The notes under the pieces were generated by a model. It was not told where the DNA came from and made no database searches. It saw nothing but the letters and a program-made list of their open reading frames with translations. The position numbers were made by a program, and so were the translations under genes. This document shows, one piece after another, positions 8,581 through 17,455 of a DNA stretch of 40,150 bases. Numbering within the stretch: the first letter of the stretch is position 1; every line of letters starts with the position of its first letter. The stretch comes from an uncultured Ruminococcus sp. (GTDB taxonomy: Bacteria; Bacillota; Clostridia; Oscillospirales; Ruminococcaceae), in assembly GCA_964430965.1 (NCBI GenBank), contig CAYSHU010000001.1:1-40150 (forward strand). Direction: 5' to 3'.

Positions 8581-9481
8581 TTATATCCCCTCCGTGACCA
8601 TAAAAATTTTTTCCGTAAGCGGCGGGCGACACGGATGTCGCGGATGCTGCCTCAGAGCAGCCAACACGACGTTGGCTGCAAAAAGCGGCGGGCGATAAAC
8701 CGAAGAACGTGTGAAAGGCGTTCGAGAAGTGGCTCTGGTCGGCAAACCCCGTCAGCATTGCCGCGTCAACGGGCTGCGCGCCTTGCTCAAGCAGCTCTTT
8801 CGCGTGGTTTATCCGAACCGACTGCAAATAACGGTAAGGCGTTATTCCGCGAACCTTTACGAACGAGCGCAGCAGTGTGGACTTGCTCATATGCGCGGCG
8901 CGGCAAAGCTCATCGAGCCGTATCCGCTCCGCGTAATGCGCGTCGATAAACTCGCACACCCGCGCGACCTCCGCCGCTTCCCTTGACGGCGGCGCGACCG
9001 TTCGCAAAAACGGCGTGCCGTAGTTTTCAAGAATATCCGACAAAAGAAGCAACAGCGTTTCTTCTCTTTCGAGCTCTGCGGCTTCATCAAAAATCAGCCC
9101 GCAAAGCCGCTCAATAAGCTCCGCCGTTTCGCGGCGTTTCACAACGTTCTCCAAAAAGCGCGGCGGCGCGTCCTCGTTTGTAATCTCCTTAGCAAGCCGC
9201 CGCATAACGCTTTCGGAAATATTCAGCGAAACGTAATCGAACGCGCGCTCTCCGACGTCGGCGCAGCCGTGGCTGTCCGCGGGCTCAAGCAGCAGAACAT
9301 CGCCGCCGCTTATGATTTGCAAGCGGTTTTTGCAGAGCAGCTCGCGCGTTCCGCGAAGAACAAGCCCTATCACATAATAGTCGTGGAAATGATTCGGAAA
9401 CGGCTGAGAGATACCCTCAAACCGCACCGTTTCCAGCTCCAGCGCCTCGTCAAAGCAAACCGTCCGAGCTTCCTTTTTCAT
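8573..9481 (-). CDS. AraC family transcriptional regulator with N-terminal cupin ligand-binding domain
   Basis: FPNHFHDYYVIG cupin; GITPYRYL and GFADQSHFSNAF HTH signatures. Confidence 0.9.
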   Translation of the reverse strand: MKKEARTVCFDEALELETVRFEGISQPFPNHFHDYYVIGLVLRGTRELLCKNRLQIISGGDVLLLEPADSHGCADVGERAFDYVSLNISESVMRRLAKEITNEDAPPRFLENVVKRRETAELIERLCGLIFDEAAELEREETLLLLLSDILENYGTPFLRTVAPPSREAAEVARVCEFIDAHYAERIRLDELCRAAHMSKSTLLRSFVKVRGITPYRYLQSVRINHAKELLEQGAQPVDAAMLTGFADQSHFSNAFHTFFGLSPAAFCSQRRVGCSEAASATSVSPAAYGKNFYGHGGDIIE

Positions 9482-9532
9482 TTTATCGCCCTTTTTTATT
9501 TTATCATATCGGGAAAATTTTTTCTTGTAGAA

Positions 9533-9616
9533 TATCGTCAGATATTCTAGTTATCGTCAGATATTCTAGTTGTCGTCAGATATTCTAGTTGTCGTCAGAT
9601 ATTCCGGTTATCGTCA
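9533..9616. repeat. Tandem repeat, about 4.4 copies of a 19-bp unit
   Basis: T(A/G)TCGTCAGATATTC(TA/CG)GT starting at 9533, 9552, 9571, 9590, and partial at 9609. Confidence 0.92.
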
Positions 9617-10492
9617 AATTGTTTTCCAGCGAAGCACATTATTTTCAAAGTCCGCGGTGAGCCTGTCGTTATCATAAAGCCACGAGAGGTACGACCGCAC
9701 CGTGCTCCCCACAAGGACGTGCTGCTCGAATGTCATTTTCAAATCGTACTCCTCAAAGAGCCTTTGGAGTATCGTTTCAAAGGACATCGGCTCGGCGCAG
9801 ATTTGGAGAATTCTTTGGACTATTTCGTGAACCTTGCCGATGTTGAACTCCGCGAGCTCCGCGATGCTTTCCGTCGCGTCGGCGTGCGAGGGCACGAACA
9901 TTTTCGCCTGCATTGTCTTGACTTTTTCGAGCGTTTTGAGATATTCGCCCACGTCGTAAATGAACGTTATCCCGTACTTTTCAAGCGTCGGCTTGCCCGA
10001 GAGGCAGTCCGCGAGGAACACCACGTCGTCGGGCGTGCGGAAGCCCACCATGTCGAAAAAGTGTCCCGGTAATGGGACAATTTCTATCTCCCGCGGGAAA
10101 GCCTCGTCGGAGAAATCGAGCGTGCTGCTCTCCTGCGCGACAAGAAACTTGTGGCGGAGCTCGCGGCACGGAAAGCCGCCGTAGAGGAACGCTGGCTCTA
10201 AAATTGTCCGCTCGGTGAAGGCTCTCTCGATGCCGCCCGCGAATATTTTGCAGCCCGTGTTCGCTTGCAGATACGCGTTGCCGCCGATGTGGTCGGAATT
10301 CGAGTGGGTGTTCAAAATCGCGCGGAGCGTCCAGCCCTGCTCGTCAAGCACCTTGCGGATTCGCCGTCCCGCGTCCTTGTCGTTGCCGCTGTCGATAAGC
10401 ACGACCTCGCTTGGCGAAAGCCGATAGATCCCGATCTTCGCGGGGCTTTGCAGATAAAACGTGTTCTCGCCGACTTGGTGTAATTCAAACAT
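9614..10492 (-). CDS. MBL-fold metallo-hydrolase with probable C-terminal winged-helix
   Basis: LIDSG, THSNSDHIGGN, LPGH, FLAD, PSHA motifs; AAGGAGG RBS before ATG 10492. Confidence 0.85.
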   Translation of the reverse strand: MFELHQVGENTFYLQSPAKIGIYRLSPSEVVLIDSGNDKDAGRRIRKVLDEQGWTLRAILNTHSNSDHIGGNAYLQANTGCKIFAGGIERAFTERTILEPAFLYGGFPCRELRHKFLVAQESSTLDFSDEAFPREIEIVPLPGHFFDMVGFRTPDDVVFLADCLSGKPTLEKYGITFIYDVGEYLKTLEKVKTMQAKMFVPSHADATESIAELAEFNIGKVHEIVQRILQICAEPMSFETILQRLFEEYDLKMTFEQHVLVGSTVRSYLSWLYDNDRLTADFENNVLRWKTI

Positions 10493-10550
10493 AATATTCC
10501 TCCTTTTAGAAGATAGAGGATAGAAAACAGAGCTTCTGACCCCTGATTTT

Positions 10551-10609
10551 ATTATAACATAACAGCGGGACAAAAGCAAGTTGACTTTTTTGCGCATTTT
10601 TGTTATAAT
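10551..10609. promoter_or_regulatory. Back-to-back divergent sigma-A promoters
   Basis: Plus: TTGACT(10581)-N17-TATAAT(10604); minus: TTGCTT(10579)-N17-TATAAT(10556); both with extended TG. Confidence 0.65.
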
Positions 10610-10626
10610 TATTATAGGTGATTTTA

Positions 10627-11394
10627 ATGTTCACGTTTATAATATGCTTTATCGCGGGAATAGGCGCGGGGCTTGGCACGGGCTTCGCGGGAATGAGCGC
10701 GGCGGCGGTGATCTCGCCGATGCTTATCACATTCCTTGATATGCCCGCGTATGAGGCGGTGGGAATAGCCCTCGCGAGCGACGTGCTCGCAAGCGCGGTG
10801 AGCGCCTATACCTACGGGCGCAACAAAAACCTCGACGTAAAAAACGGTCTTGTGATGATGAGCGCCGTGCTGGTTTTCACGCTCGTCGGAAGCTGGCTCG
10901 CGACGCTTGTTCCGAACAAGACTATGGGCGGGTTTTCCGTTGTGATGACGTTTTTGCTCGGAATAAAATTCATCGTAAAGCCAGTGATGACTACAAAGGA
11001 AAAGCGCGGTGAGCTCCCGCTGAAAACGCGCATAATTCAATCGATAGTCTGCGGAACGTTCATCGGGCTTATCTGCGGTTTTGTCGGCGCGGGCGGCGGA
11101 ATGATGATGCTTTTGATACTTACAAGCGTGCTTGGCTATGAGCTCAAAACCGCCGTCGGCACCTCGGTATTTATTATGACGTTTACGGCGCTGACGGGCG
11201 CTGTAAGCCACTTCGCGCTGGACGGTCTGCCCGATTTGCTCTGCCTTTTGTATTGCGTGCTAAGCACGCTTTTATGGGCGAGAATAGCCGCGCTCTTCGC
11301 GAACAAATCCTCCCCGAAAACGCTCAACCGCGCCGTCGGGATCGTTCTCGCGGTGCTTGGCGCGGGAATAATGATTGTGAATTTTATAAAATAA
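10627..11394 (+). CDS. Sulfite exporter TauE/SafE family membrane protein
   Basis: GIGAGLGTGFAG, GFVGAGGG, AVGTS motifs; about 8 TM segments. Confidence 0.87.
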   Translation: MFTFIICFIAGIGAGLGTGFAGMSAAAVISPMLITFLDMPAYEAVGIALASDVLASAVSAYTYGRNKNLDVKNGLVMMSAVLVFTLVGSWLATLVPNKTMGGFSVVMTFLLGIKFIVKPVMTTKEKRGELPLKTRIIQSIVCGTFIGLICGFVGAGGGMMMLLILTSVLGYELKTAVGTSVFIMTFTALTGAVSHFALDGLPDLLCLLYCVLSTLLWARIAALFANKSSPKTLNRAVGIVLAVLGAGIMIVNFIK

Positions 11395-11422
11395 TAAAAC
11401 CGCCGTTCAAACAAACGGCGGT
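11393..11422. terminator. Intrinsic terminator between convergent genes (T tail on minus strand)
   Basis: ACCGCCGTT-CAAACA-AACGGCGGT with an A-rich left flank. Confidence 0.7.
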
Positions 11423-12153
11423 CATTCTTCATATAACTTCCTTAGAAACGCTTCTCCCTTTCTCGCCTGCTCGTGCTCGTCGCAGTGCTTTATGCGATAT
11501 CGCCTGCCGTCCTTGACGAAGTTCGCGCCCGTCTGGTGGAATTCAAATCTCACGCCGAATTGTTTGCAGTCGAGGTAGATCTGCTTCACCCAGTCGAAGT
11601 CGCACGTCCGTGCATTAGCGTAGCTCTCGCCGCCGACGGAAACCTGCTCGATAAGCCCGCTTTTGAGATAGCGGGTGAGGTCAACGTACTCTAAAATCGG
11701 CGCGACAAAAACGAGCCTGTGCGCGATTTTCGCGCTTAGCAGCAGCGGAATTCGCTCGTCCGCGAACGCTTGGTTTTCGCACGAAACCGCGATCACGACA
11801 TTGTCCCAGCCGTCGCCCCAGTCCTCGGGAACGCACTCCGAAAACCGCGAAATGCGCTTCGTCGGAATAAGGAACGTAACGTCGCTGCGCTTGCGTATCA
11901 TATCCCAAGCCTCGCCGCGCCACTCGTCCGCCTCCTCGATGAAGAAATCCGACGTGAAGCACGTGCCCTGCACCGTCCCCGACGGGAGCTTGTAATTCCC
12001 GCGGCGGTCGCGCTTTATCGGATTGTTGAAGCCCGTCTTGCTGCGCGTAACAACGCTCGCGTCCCTGTCGCGCAAATAGTCGAGATGATACACATAGCAA
12101 TTCTTGCAGCCGGGGCTGCATTTGTGGCAGCCGTGCCAAGGGTTCCAAAGCAT
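11422..12153 (-). CDS. DUF5131 (Gp37Gp68-like) radical-SAM-related protein
   Basis: WNPWHGCHKCSPGCKNCY, CFTSDFF, TKR, GGES, FHQTG motifs. Confidence 0.87.
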   Translation of the reverse strand: MLWNPWHGCHKCSPGCKNCYVYHLDYLRDRDASVVTRSKTGFNNPIKRDRRGNYKLPSGTVQGTCFTSDFFIEEADEWRGEAWDMIRKRSDVTFLIPTKRISRFSECVPEDWGDGWDNVVIAVSCENQAFADERIPLLLSAKIAHRLVFVAPILEYVDLTRYLKSGLIEQVSVGGESYANARTCDFDWVKQIYLDCKQFGVRFEFHQTGANFVKDGRRYRIKHCDEHEQARKGEAFLRKLYEE

Positions 12154-12197
12154 AACAAAGCCTTTCCCTCTCTAGAAATAAATATGAAAAAGTCCGC

Positions 12198-12330
12198 TGT
12201 CAGACCGTCGAGAACCCCCCAGATGCGAGGACGAATGACCGCTTCGCGGTCCCTCTCGCACCGCGGCTAGCCTTTTGGCTGCCGCGCGTGCGGTTGACGA
12301 AGCAGATGGGGGGTTATCGGCGGTCTGACA
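12198..12330. mobile_element. 133-bp MITE-like element with 24-bp terminal inverted repeats
   Basis: TGTCAGACCGTCGAGAACCCCCCA versus the reverse complement of 12307-12330 (2 mismatches); internal hairpins; no convincing ORF. Confidence 0.6.
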
Positions 12331-12331
12331 T

Positions 12332-14254
12332 TTAATCCAGCATACTCTCTGCTTTAGTTACCAAGCCCTCTACGTGGCGGTTGATGTCGGACACCTCCGC
12401 CATAGCGCCGCTGATATCGCTGCCCTTGCTAAGCGTTGTCGAGATATTGTCGCGCACATCGTTCATCTTGTCGCGGATTTCCGCCATTTTCCGGTTGACG
12501 GTTTTCAGTATCTTGTTGACGCTGTTGATGTCCTCAAAGACTTTGGCGTTGCCGCCCTCAGCTTCCTTTACCGCCGCCTGCGAGCGCCCCGCGAGCTTGC
12601 CGACCTCCTGAGCCACGACCGCGAAGCCCAAGCCCGCTTCACCCGCTCTTGCCGCCTCGATGCTCGCGTTAATCGACAGAATGTTTATCTGGCGGGAAAT
12701 TTCGTCAATGCCGCGCGTGGTTTCGCCGAAGCTCGAAATGCTCTCGTTTATCGATTCCATTGCCGTGTTAATCTCGCCCGACAGAACATTCAGCTCGTCG
12801 AGGATATCCGAAAGCCCCATAATCTGGCTATGGTTCGTGTTGTTGAGCTCGGTGATGCCGCCAAGCGCGTCGGTTACACTGCCGATGTTCTCCGTAAGCT
12901 GCGCGACAACCTGGTTGAGCTCGCTCGTGACCTCGCCGATTGCGGCGTTCGTTTCAATGATATGCCTGCTGCGCTTGTCCGCCTCGCCCTGCATATACTG
13001 CGCGCAGCTCGTCACGCTCGACACGCCCATAATAATCGCCCGCGCCATTTCGCGGCACGTAGCGAAGCCGCACGCGTGGCAGTTGTAGTTGCGCTCAGTT
13101 TCCGTTTCTTTATTCATTCGCGTAAGCATATCGTCGATCTGCTGCTCGGAAACGTCAATCTGCTCAATATCCTCGGGCGGGATTGTCCTCAGAAAGTCCT
13201 CATAGCGGAGCTTTTTATCGAAATCAAGGAACTGCATATCGCGATGTTTTCTGTCGAACTTCACGCGGTTGTTGCGGTTGTATTTCTCTATGCCGTTCAT
13301 AATGCCGCTCATACGATAAATCGACATCTCCTCGCCGATAGCGGGCCCCGAGCCGCAGCCGTTGCCGCAGGAGAGCACGTCGAAAACATCGGGCAAATCA
13401 CGCGCGCCGACGGTCGCGTACATATCGAGGTTCTTGTAAACCACGTCCGTGCCCTCGGAATTTATTACGGCGATGTTCGGGTTTTCGAGTTCCAGACACG
13501 CCTTAAGCCCGCCGGGCCTCGGATAGATAGCGCCCATAATTCCGCCCGCGCCGGCAAACTCGAAGTTCGAGCGAACCTTGCGGAGGTTCTCGAAATCCGT
13601 GCCGTTCTCTCTGAGAAGCTCGCCGAGCCGCGCGAACGTCACATTATAATCCACAAGCCCCGTTTCGCGGAACTCATCGGATTTGGCAATGCAAGGCGAC
13701 AGCGCGACAATTTTCGCATTCTCGCCGAGATATTTTTTAAGATAAACCGCCGTGCAGAGCATCGGGGAATATACGGGCGAAAGGCTTTTCAGCGCCTCGT
13801 GGCAGAATTTCTTTATGTAATTCACAATTGCGGGGCAGGGCGACGAGATCAGCTTTGACTTGGGGTTTTTCTCCATATAGCGAATATGCCCCCACGTGCA
13901 GATGTCTGCGCCGAAGGACACATCGTAGATTTTTTCCACGCCGTTTTTCTTGAGAATATCAAGCACGTTTCTCCAGCAGCCGTCGAACGAAACCTTCACG
14001 GCGGGCGCACAAATGCCTACCATCTTCACGCCGCTTTTCAAATCCGCCCAGAACTTGTCCGTGTCGTCGGTGTAGCCGCGGGCGTTGTGCGAGCAGACCT
14101 TAACACAAGCGCCGCAGCGGATACACTTGTCGGCGTTGATGTTAAAGACGACCTTGCCCTCCTCGTCGTGCTCGACGTTATTCGCGCCGATAGACGGGCA
14201 AACGCGCACGCAATTGTTGCAGGCAACGCATTTAGTTTTGTCGAAAGTAATCAT
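12332..14254 (-). CDS. Sensory-type [FeFe]-hydrogenase fused to FeS and methyl-accepting chemotaxis signalling domains
   Basis: Two CxxCxxCxxxC ferredoxin motifs; H-cluster-like ISSPCPAI, SPCIAKSDE, DVLSCGNGCGSG; NCHACGFATC; MCP hairpin LSINASIEAARAGEAGLGFAVVAQEVGKLA. Confidence 0.88.
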   Translation of the reverse strand: MITFDKTKCVACNNCVRVCPSIGANNVEHDEEGKVVFNINADKCIRCGACVKVCSHNARGYTDDTDKFWADLKSGVKMVGICAPAVKVSFDGCWRNVLDILKKNGVEKIYDVSFGADICTWGHIRYMEKNPKSKLISSPCPAIVNYIKKFCHEALKSLSPVYSPMLCTAVYLKKYLGENAKIVALSPCIAKSDEFRETGLVDYNVTFARLGELLRENGTDFENLRKVRSNFEFAGAGGIMGAIYPRPGGLKACLELENPNIAVINSEGTDVVYKNLDMYATVGARDLPDVFDVLSCGNGCGSGPAIGEEMSIYRMSGIMNGIEKYNRNNRVKFDRKHRDMQFLDFDKKLRYEDFLRTIPPEDIEQIDVSEQQIDDMLTRMNKETETERNYNCHACGFATCREMARAIIMGVSSVTSCAQYMQGEADKRSRHIIETNAAIGEVTSELNQVVAQLTENIGSVTDALGGITELNNTNHSQIMGLSDILDELNVLSGEINTAMESINESISSFGETTRGIDEISRQINILSINASIEAARAGEAGLGFAVVAQEVGKLAGRSQAAVKEAEGGNAKVFEDINSVNKILKTVNRKMAEIRDKMNDVRDNISTTLSKGSDISGAMAEVSDINRHVEGLVTKAESMLD

Positions 14255-14284
14255 ATTCTGACTCCTTTACTGGGTTTCAGCGAT

Positions 14285-14356
14285 TAGAGGTTAGAAATAA
14301 GAGGTAAGAGGTAAGAGTGAGCACTCTTACTTCTTACCTCTAACTTCTTACTTCTA
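14285..14356. repeat. Palindromic array of heptamer repeats (about WAGARGT)
   Basis: TAGAGGT TAGAAAT AAGAGGT AAGAGGT AAGAGT-GAGC-ACTCTT ACTTCTT ACCTCTA ACTTCTT ACTTCTA. Confidence 0.85.
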
Positions 14357-15952
14357 CTTGGCGTAATCAATAGCCCTGCTCTCGCGTATCATATTGACCT
14401 TTATCTGCCCGGGGTATTCCATTTCGTCCTCAATGCGCTTTGCTATATCTCGCGCGAGAACCTTCATATCGTCGTCGTTTACCTGCTCGGGCTTTACCAT
14501 AACGCGTATCTCGCGACCCGCCTGAATCGCGAACGACTTGTCAACGCCGCCGTAGGAGTTGCAAATCTCCTCCAGCTTTTCGAGACGCTTGATGTAGTTT
14601 TCGTAGTTTTCGCTTCTCGCCGCGGGACGCGCCGCGCTTATCGCGTCAGCCGCCTGGACAAGGCACGCGATCACCGTGCGGCACTCAACGTCGCCGTGGT
14701 GCGCCTCTATCGCGTGGATAACCTCCGGGCTTTCCTTGTACTTCTTGCAAACATCAACGCCTATCTGCACGTGCGAGCCTTCGATCTCGTGGTCGAGCGC
14801 CTTGCCTATGTCGTGCAGCAAGCCCGCTCTTCTCGCAAGCGCAGGGTCAACGCCAAGCTCGCTTGCCATGATCCCCGCGAGGTGCGAAACCTCGATGCAG
14901 TGATTAAGCACGTTCTGGCGGTAGGACGTTCTGTATTTAAGCCGTCCGATAAGGCGAACAAGCTCGTGGTTAAGACCGTTTACATTCGTTTCCATAACGG
15001 CGCGCTCGCCTTCCTGCTTAATGCGGAGCTCAACCTCCTTACGCGCCTTTTCAACCGTTTCCTCAATACGAGCGGGGTGAATTCGCCCGTCCTGTATCAG
15101 CTTTTCGAGAGCTATTCTCGCGATCTCGCGGCGCACGTGGTCGAAGCACGAAACCGTGATAGCCTCGGGCGTGTCGTCGATAATGAGGTCTACGCCCGTG
15201 AGCGTTTCGAGAGCGCGGATATTCCGCCCCTCGCGCCCGATGATGCGGCCCTTCATATCGTCGTTCGGGATAGCCACGACGCTCACCGCCATTTCCGAAA
15301 CGGTGTCCGCGGCAAGTCTCGCGATAGCGAGCGAGATGTGCTTGCGAGCCTTCTCGTCGCACTCGTCCTTTATCCTCTGCTCATACCCCGAGATTTTAAC
15401 AGCCTTTTCGTGATTGAGCTCGGAATCGAGCATTTGCAGCAGGTGCTCCTTCGCCTGCTCCTGCGAAAAGCCCGAGATTTTCTCGAGAATTTCCATTTGC
15501 CCCGACTTCAGCTTCTCGGCTTCGGCGATTTTCTCGTCGGCCTTTTTATGCTTTTGCTGAAGCCCCTCCTCGAGCTTTTCGAGCTTGTCGGTCTTCTTGT
15601 CGAGGTTTTCCTCCTTCTGGGCGATTCTGCGCTCGGAGCGCGAGAGCTCGCTTCTTCTTTCCTTGAGTTCCTTTTCGGACTCGGATTTATCGCGCTGGAT
15701 TTCCTTTTCCGCCTTTTGACGGAGCGCGTAAATTTCGTCCTTTGCTTCTACCAGCTTTGTTTTCTTGATCGATTCGGCTTTTTCGTTCGCTTCCTCAACA
15801 ATCCGCGCGGCTTCCTTTTCCGCGGTTTCAAACTGCGCCTCGGCTACTTTAATGCGGTGCTTTATGCCCTTTTGAAAGCAGATAAAGCCCGAAGCCACCG
15901 CGCCGATAACCAGCGTGCCGAACATACCGATCAGTGCGACGTACAATTCCAT
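14354..15952 (-). CDS. rny: Ribonuclease Y
   Basis: N-terminal TM, coiled coil, KH domain [16 protein letters not shown] motif [18 protein letters not shown]. Confidence 0.97.
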   Translation of the reverse strand: MELYVALIGMFGTLVIGAVASGFICFQKGIKHRIKVAEAQFETAEKEAARIVEEANEKAESIKKTKLVEAKDEIYALRQKAEKEIQRDKSESEKELKERRSELSRSERRIAQKEENLDKKTDKLEKLEEGLQQKHKKADEKIAEAEKLKSGQMEILEKISGFSQEQAKEHLLQMLDSELNHEKAVKISGYEQRIKDECDEKARKHISLAIARLAADTVSEMAVSVVAIPNDDMKGRIIGREGRNIRALETLTGVDLIIDDTPEAITVSCFDHVRREIARIALEKLIQDGRIHPARIEETVEKARKEVELRIKQEGERAVMETNVNGLNHELVRLIGRLKYRTSYRQNVLNHCIEVSHLAGIMASELGVDPALARRAGLLHDIGKALDHEIEGSHVQIGVDVCKKYKESPEVIHAIEAHHGDVECRTVIACLVQAADAISAARPAARSENYENYIKRLEKLEEICNSYGGVDKSFAIQAGREIRVMVKPEQVNDDDMKVLARDIAKRIEDEMEYPGQIKVNMIRESRAIDYAK

Positions 15953-16408
15953 TGTCGCTTTCCCCTCCTTATCTTGATTCGTGCTGAGCTAAATCAGCCC
16001 GACGTTACAGCACACGGCGCAAAGTCTTACAACGCGAGAGCTCGTCAAAACAGCTCGTACCCCCGCTCGCGCCGCCTGCCTCCAATAATTCGGCGGAATA
16101 AATATACAATTTTCTGTTGAGGCGAACTAAAATCGCCCCGATTTTACCTCCATAGATTTTACATTTTCTCGTTTTTAAGCCGGGACTGTTGGTGAGGTGT
16201 AGGTCAGCCTTTGTAATGAGATATAAAAATCGCAGGAATCTTCCGAATTCCGCGCAGAGCAAAAATAAAAGATGTATGGATTACTCCGTAAATCATATAT
16301 TATGCCGCCTAACGTTATATAATCATTATCAAATCAAATGTTGTACAACGTCAGCGGATTCTCAAAACACGGTCGCCGATTTCAATTCGGCCGCATTTAA
16401 AAATCCTT
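15953..16408 (-). ncRNA. Candidate long structured 5' leader of rny
   Basis: About 455 nt between a near-consensus promoter and the rny ATG, containing many successive stems and no convincing ORF. Confidence 0.55.
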
Positions 16409-16414
16409 ATTTCT

Positions 16415-16443
16415 ATTGTACTACAAAAAAGCGAAGTTGTCAA
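16415..16443 (-). promoter_or_regulatory. Sigma-A promoter of rny
   Basis: Minus strand TTGACA-N17-TACAAT. Confidence 0.75.
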
Positions 16444-16643
16444 GGGATTACGAGCATTTTATTCGGATTTTTTTCGCGAATGTGAAAAAAAAGTTAAACA
16501 AAAGTTAATAATCGCGGATTAAATGCCCATATTTGCCGAATATCGGCGGCGGTATTTTTGTTGAAAACGGAGAAAATAAAGTTGCGGGTCTGTGTTTTGC
16601 AACAAATATGTAACAAGCTGTTGCTTATCGGTCAAGCTGTATA

Positions 16644-16682
16644 ATATTGCCCGTTGCAATATCCTTTTACGGGGAGTATAAT
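16644..16682 (+). promoter_or_regulatory. Sigma-A promoter of the lipid/polyketide cluster with a palindrome over the -35
   Basis: TTGCAA(16654)-N17-TATAAT(16677); ATATTGC-N5-GCAATAT at 16644-16662. Confidence 0.6.
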
Positions 16683-16729
16683 TAAAGATGTGGAGCTTTT
16701 CCATGACTTCTATGCAAGGGGTTTAATTA

Positions 16730-17395
16730 GTGAGCGATACCAAATTCAAGAAACAGAGCCTTATAGGCAAAATCTGGCAGGTTTTAATAATGTGGACGGT
16801 GTATTTCCTGTTCCACCCGAAAATAATGTACGCGAGCAAGGATTTAAAAAGGCGGCTCAAGGGCAAGGCGGTGGTGTTCGTCGCAAATCACACTCACCAC
16901 TTCGATGGGGCTTTCGGGCCCGCGGTGATGTGGCGGCATAAGCCGTATGTGCTCGTCAAGAAGAGCTGGCTTGAGAAAAAGGGCACGGGCAAGTGCATCG
17001 CGCTTTGCCGAAGTATTCCGATAAACCTTGACGAGGCGGACGGAGCTTGGTATGAGGCGGCGCAATATTATGTTTCGCAGGGGTTCTCGCTGTTTATCTT
17101 CCCCGAGGGCGGTCTGGCACGGAATAAAAGGCTCAACGAGTTCAAGCCGGGGGCGGCTTTGATCTCAGCGAAAATGGGCGTGCCTATCGTGCCGTGCGCG
17201 ATTTATGGGGATTATCCCATGGTGTTCGGCAAGCGGCAGAAAATGCTCGTAGGAGAGCCTATCGAAAGCAATTGCCCCGCGGATATGCGCCCGAGTAAGT
17301 ACGCGCGGGAGCTCACCGCGAGATCGGAGCAGGCCGTGCGGGAGCTGTACGATCAGCTCCGCGAGAGTTACGGAAAATGCGAACAGTATGACTAG
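16730..17395 (+). CDS. Lysophospholipid acyltransferase (PlsC family)
   Basis: NHTHHFD (NHx4D), FIFPEGG, FKPGAA, PIVP motifs; GTG start. Confidence 0.88.
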   Translation: MSDTKFKKQSLIGKIWQVLIMWTVYFLFHPKIMYASKDLKRRLKGKAVVFVANHTHHFDGAFGPAVMWRHKPYVLVKKSWLEKKGTGKCIALCRSIPINLDEADGAWYEAAQYYVSQGFSLFIFPEGGLARNKRLNEFKPGAALISAKMGVPIVPCAIYGDYPMVFGKRQKMLVGEPIESNCPADMRPSKYARELTARSEQAVRELYDQLRESYGKCEQYD

Positions 17396-17455
17396 TTAAG
17401 AATGACGGCGTTCTCGCTGTCTTGAATAAATTATTTTATCAAAGGAGAATTTGTT

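Noticed and set aside
9533-9616. Possible CRISPR array
   Set aside because: Units are head-to-tail with no spacers, only 19 bp long, and no cas genes are present
10280-10312. HSNSDH instead of HxHxDH as a sign of an inactive MBL
   Set aside because: The other metal ligands are intact and His-to-Asn at this position occurs in MBL subfamilies, so it is not enough to call
12374-13858. 494-aa plus-strand ORF
   Set aside because: Antisense shadow of the hydrogenase-MCP gene with no recognisable motifs; expected from codon bias
14696-16120. 474-aa plus-strand ORF
   Set aside because: Antisense shadow of rny
16005-16262. 85-aa ORF in the rny leader as a protein gene
   Set aside because: TTG start with no RBS and no recognisable motif; an RNA structure explains the region better, although a leader peptide is not excluded
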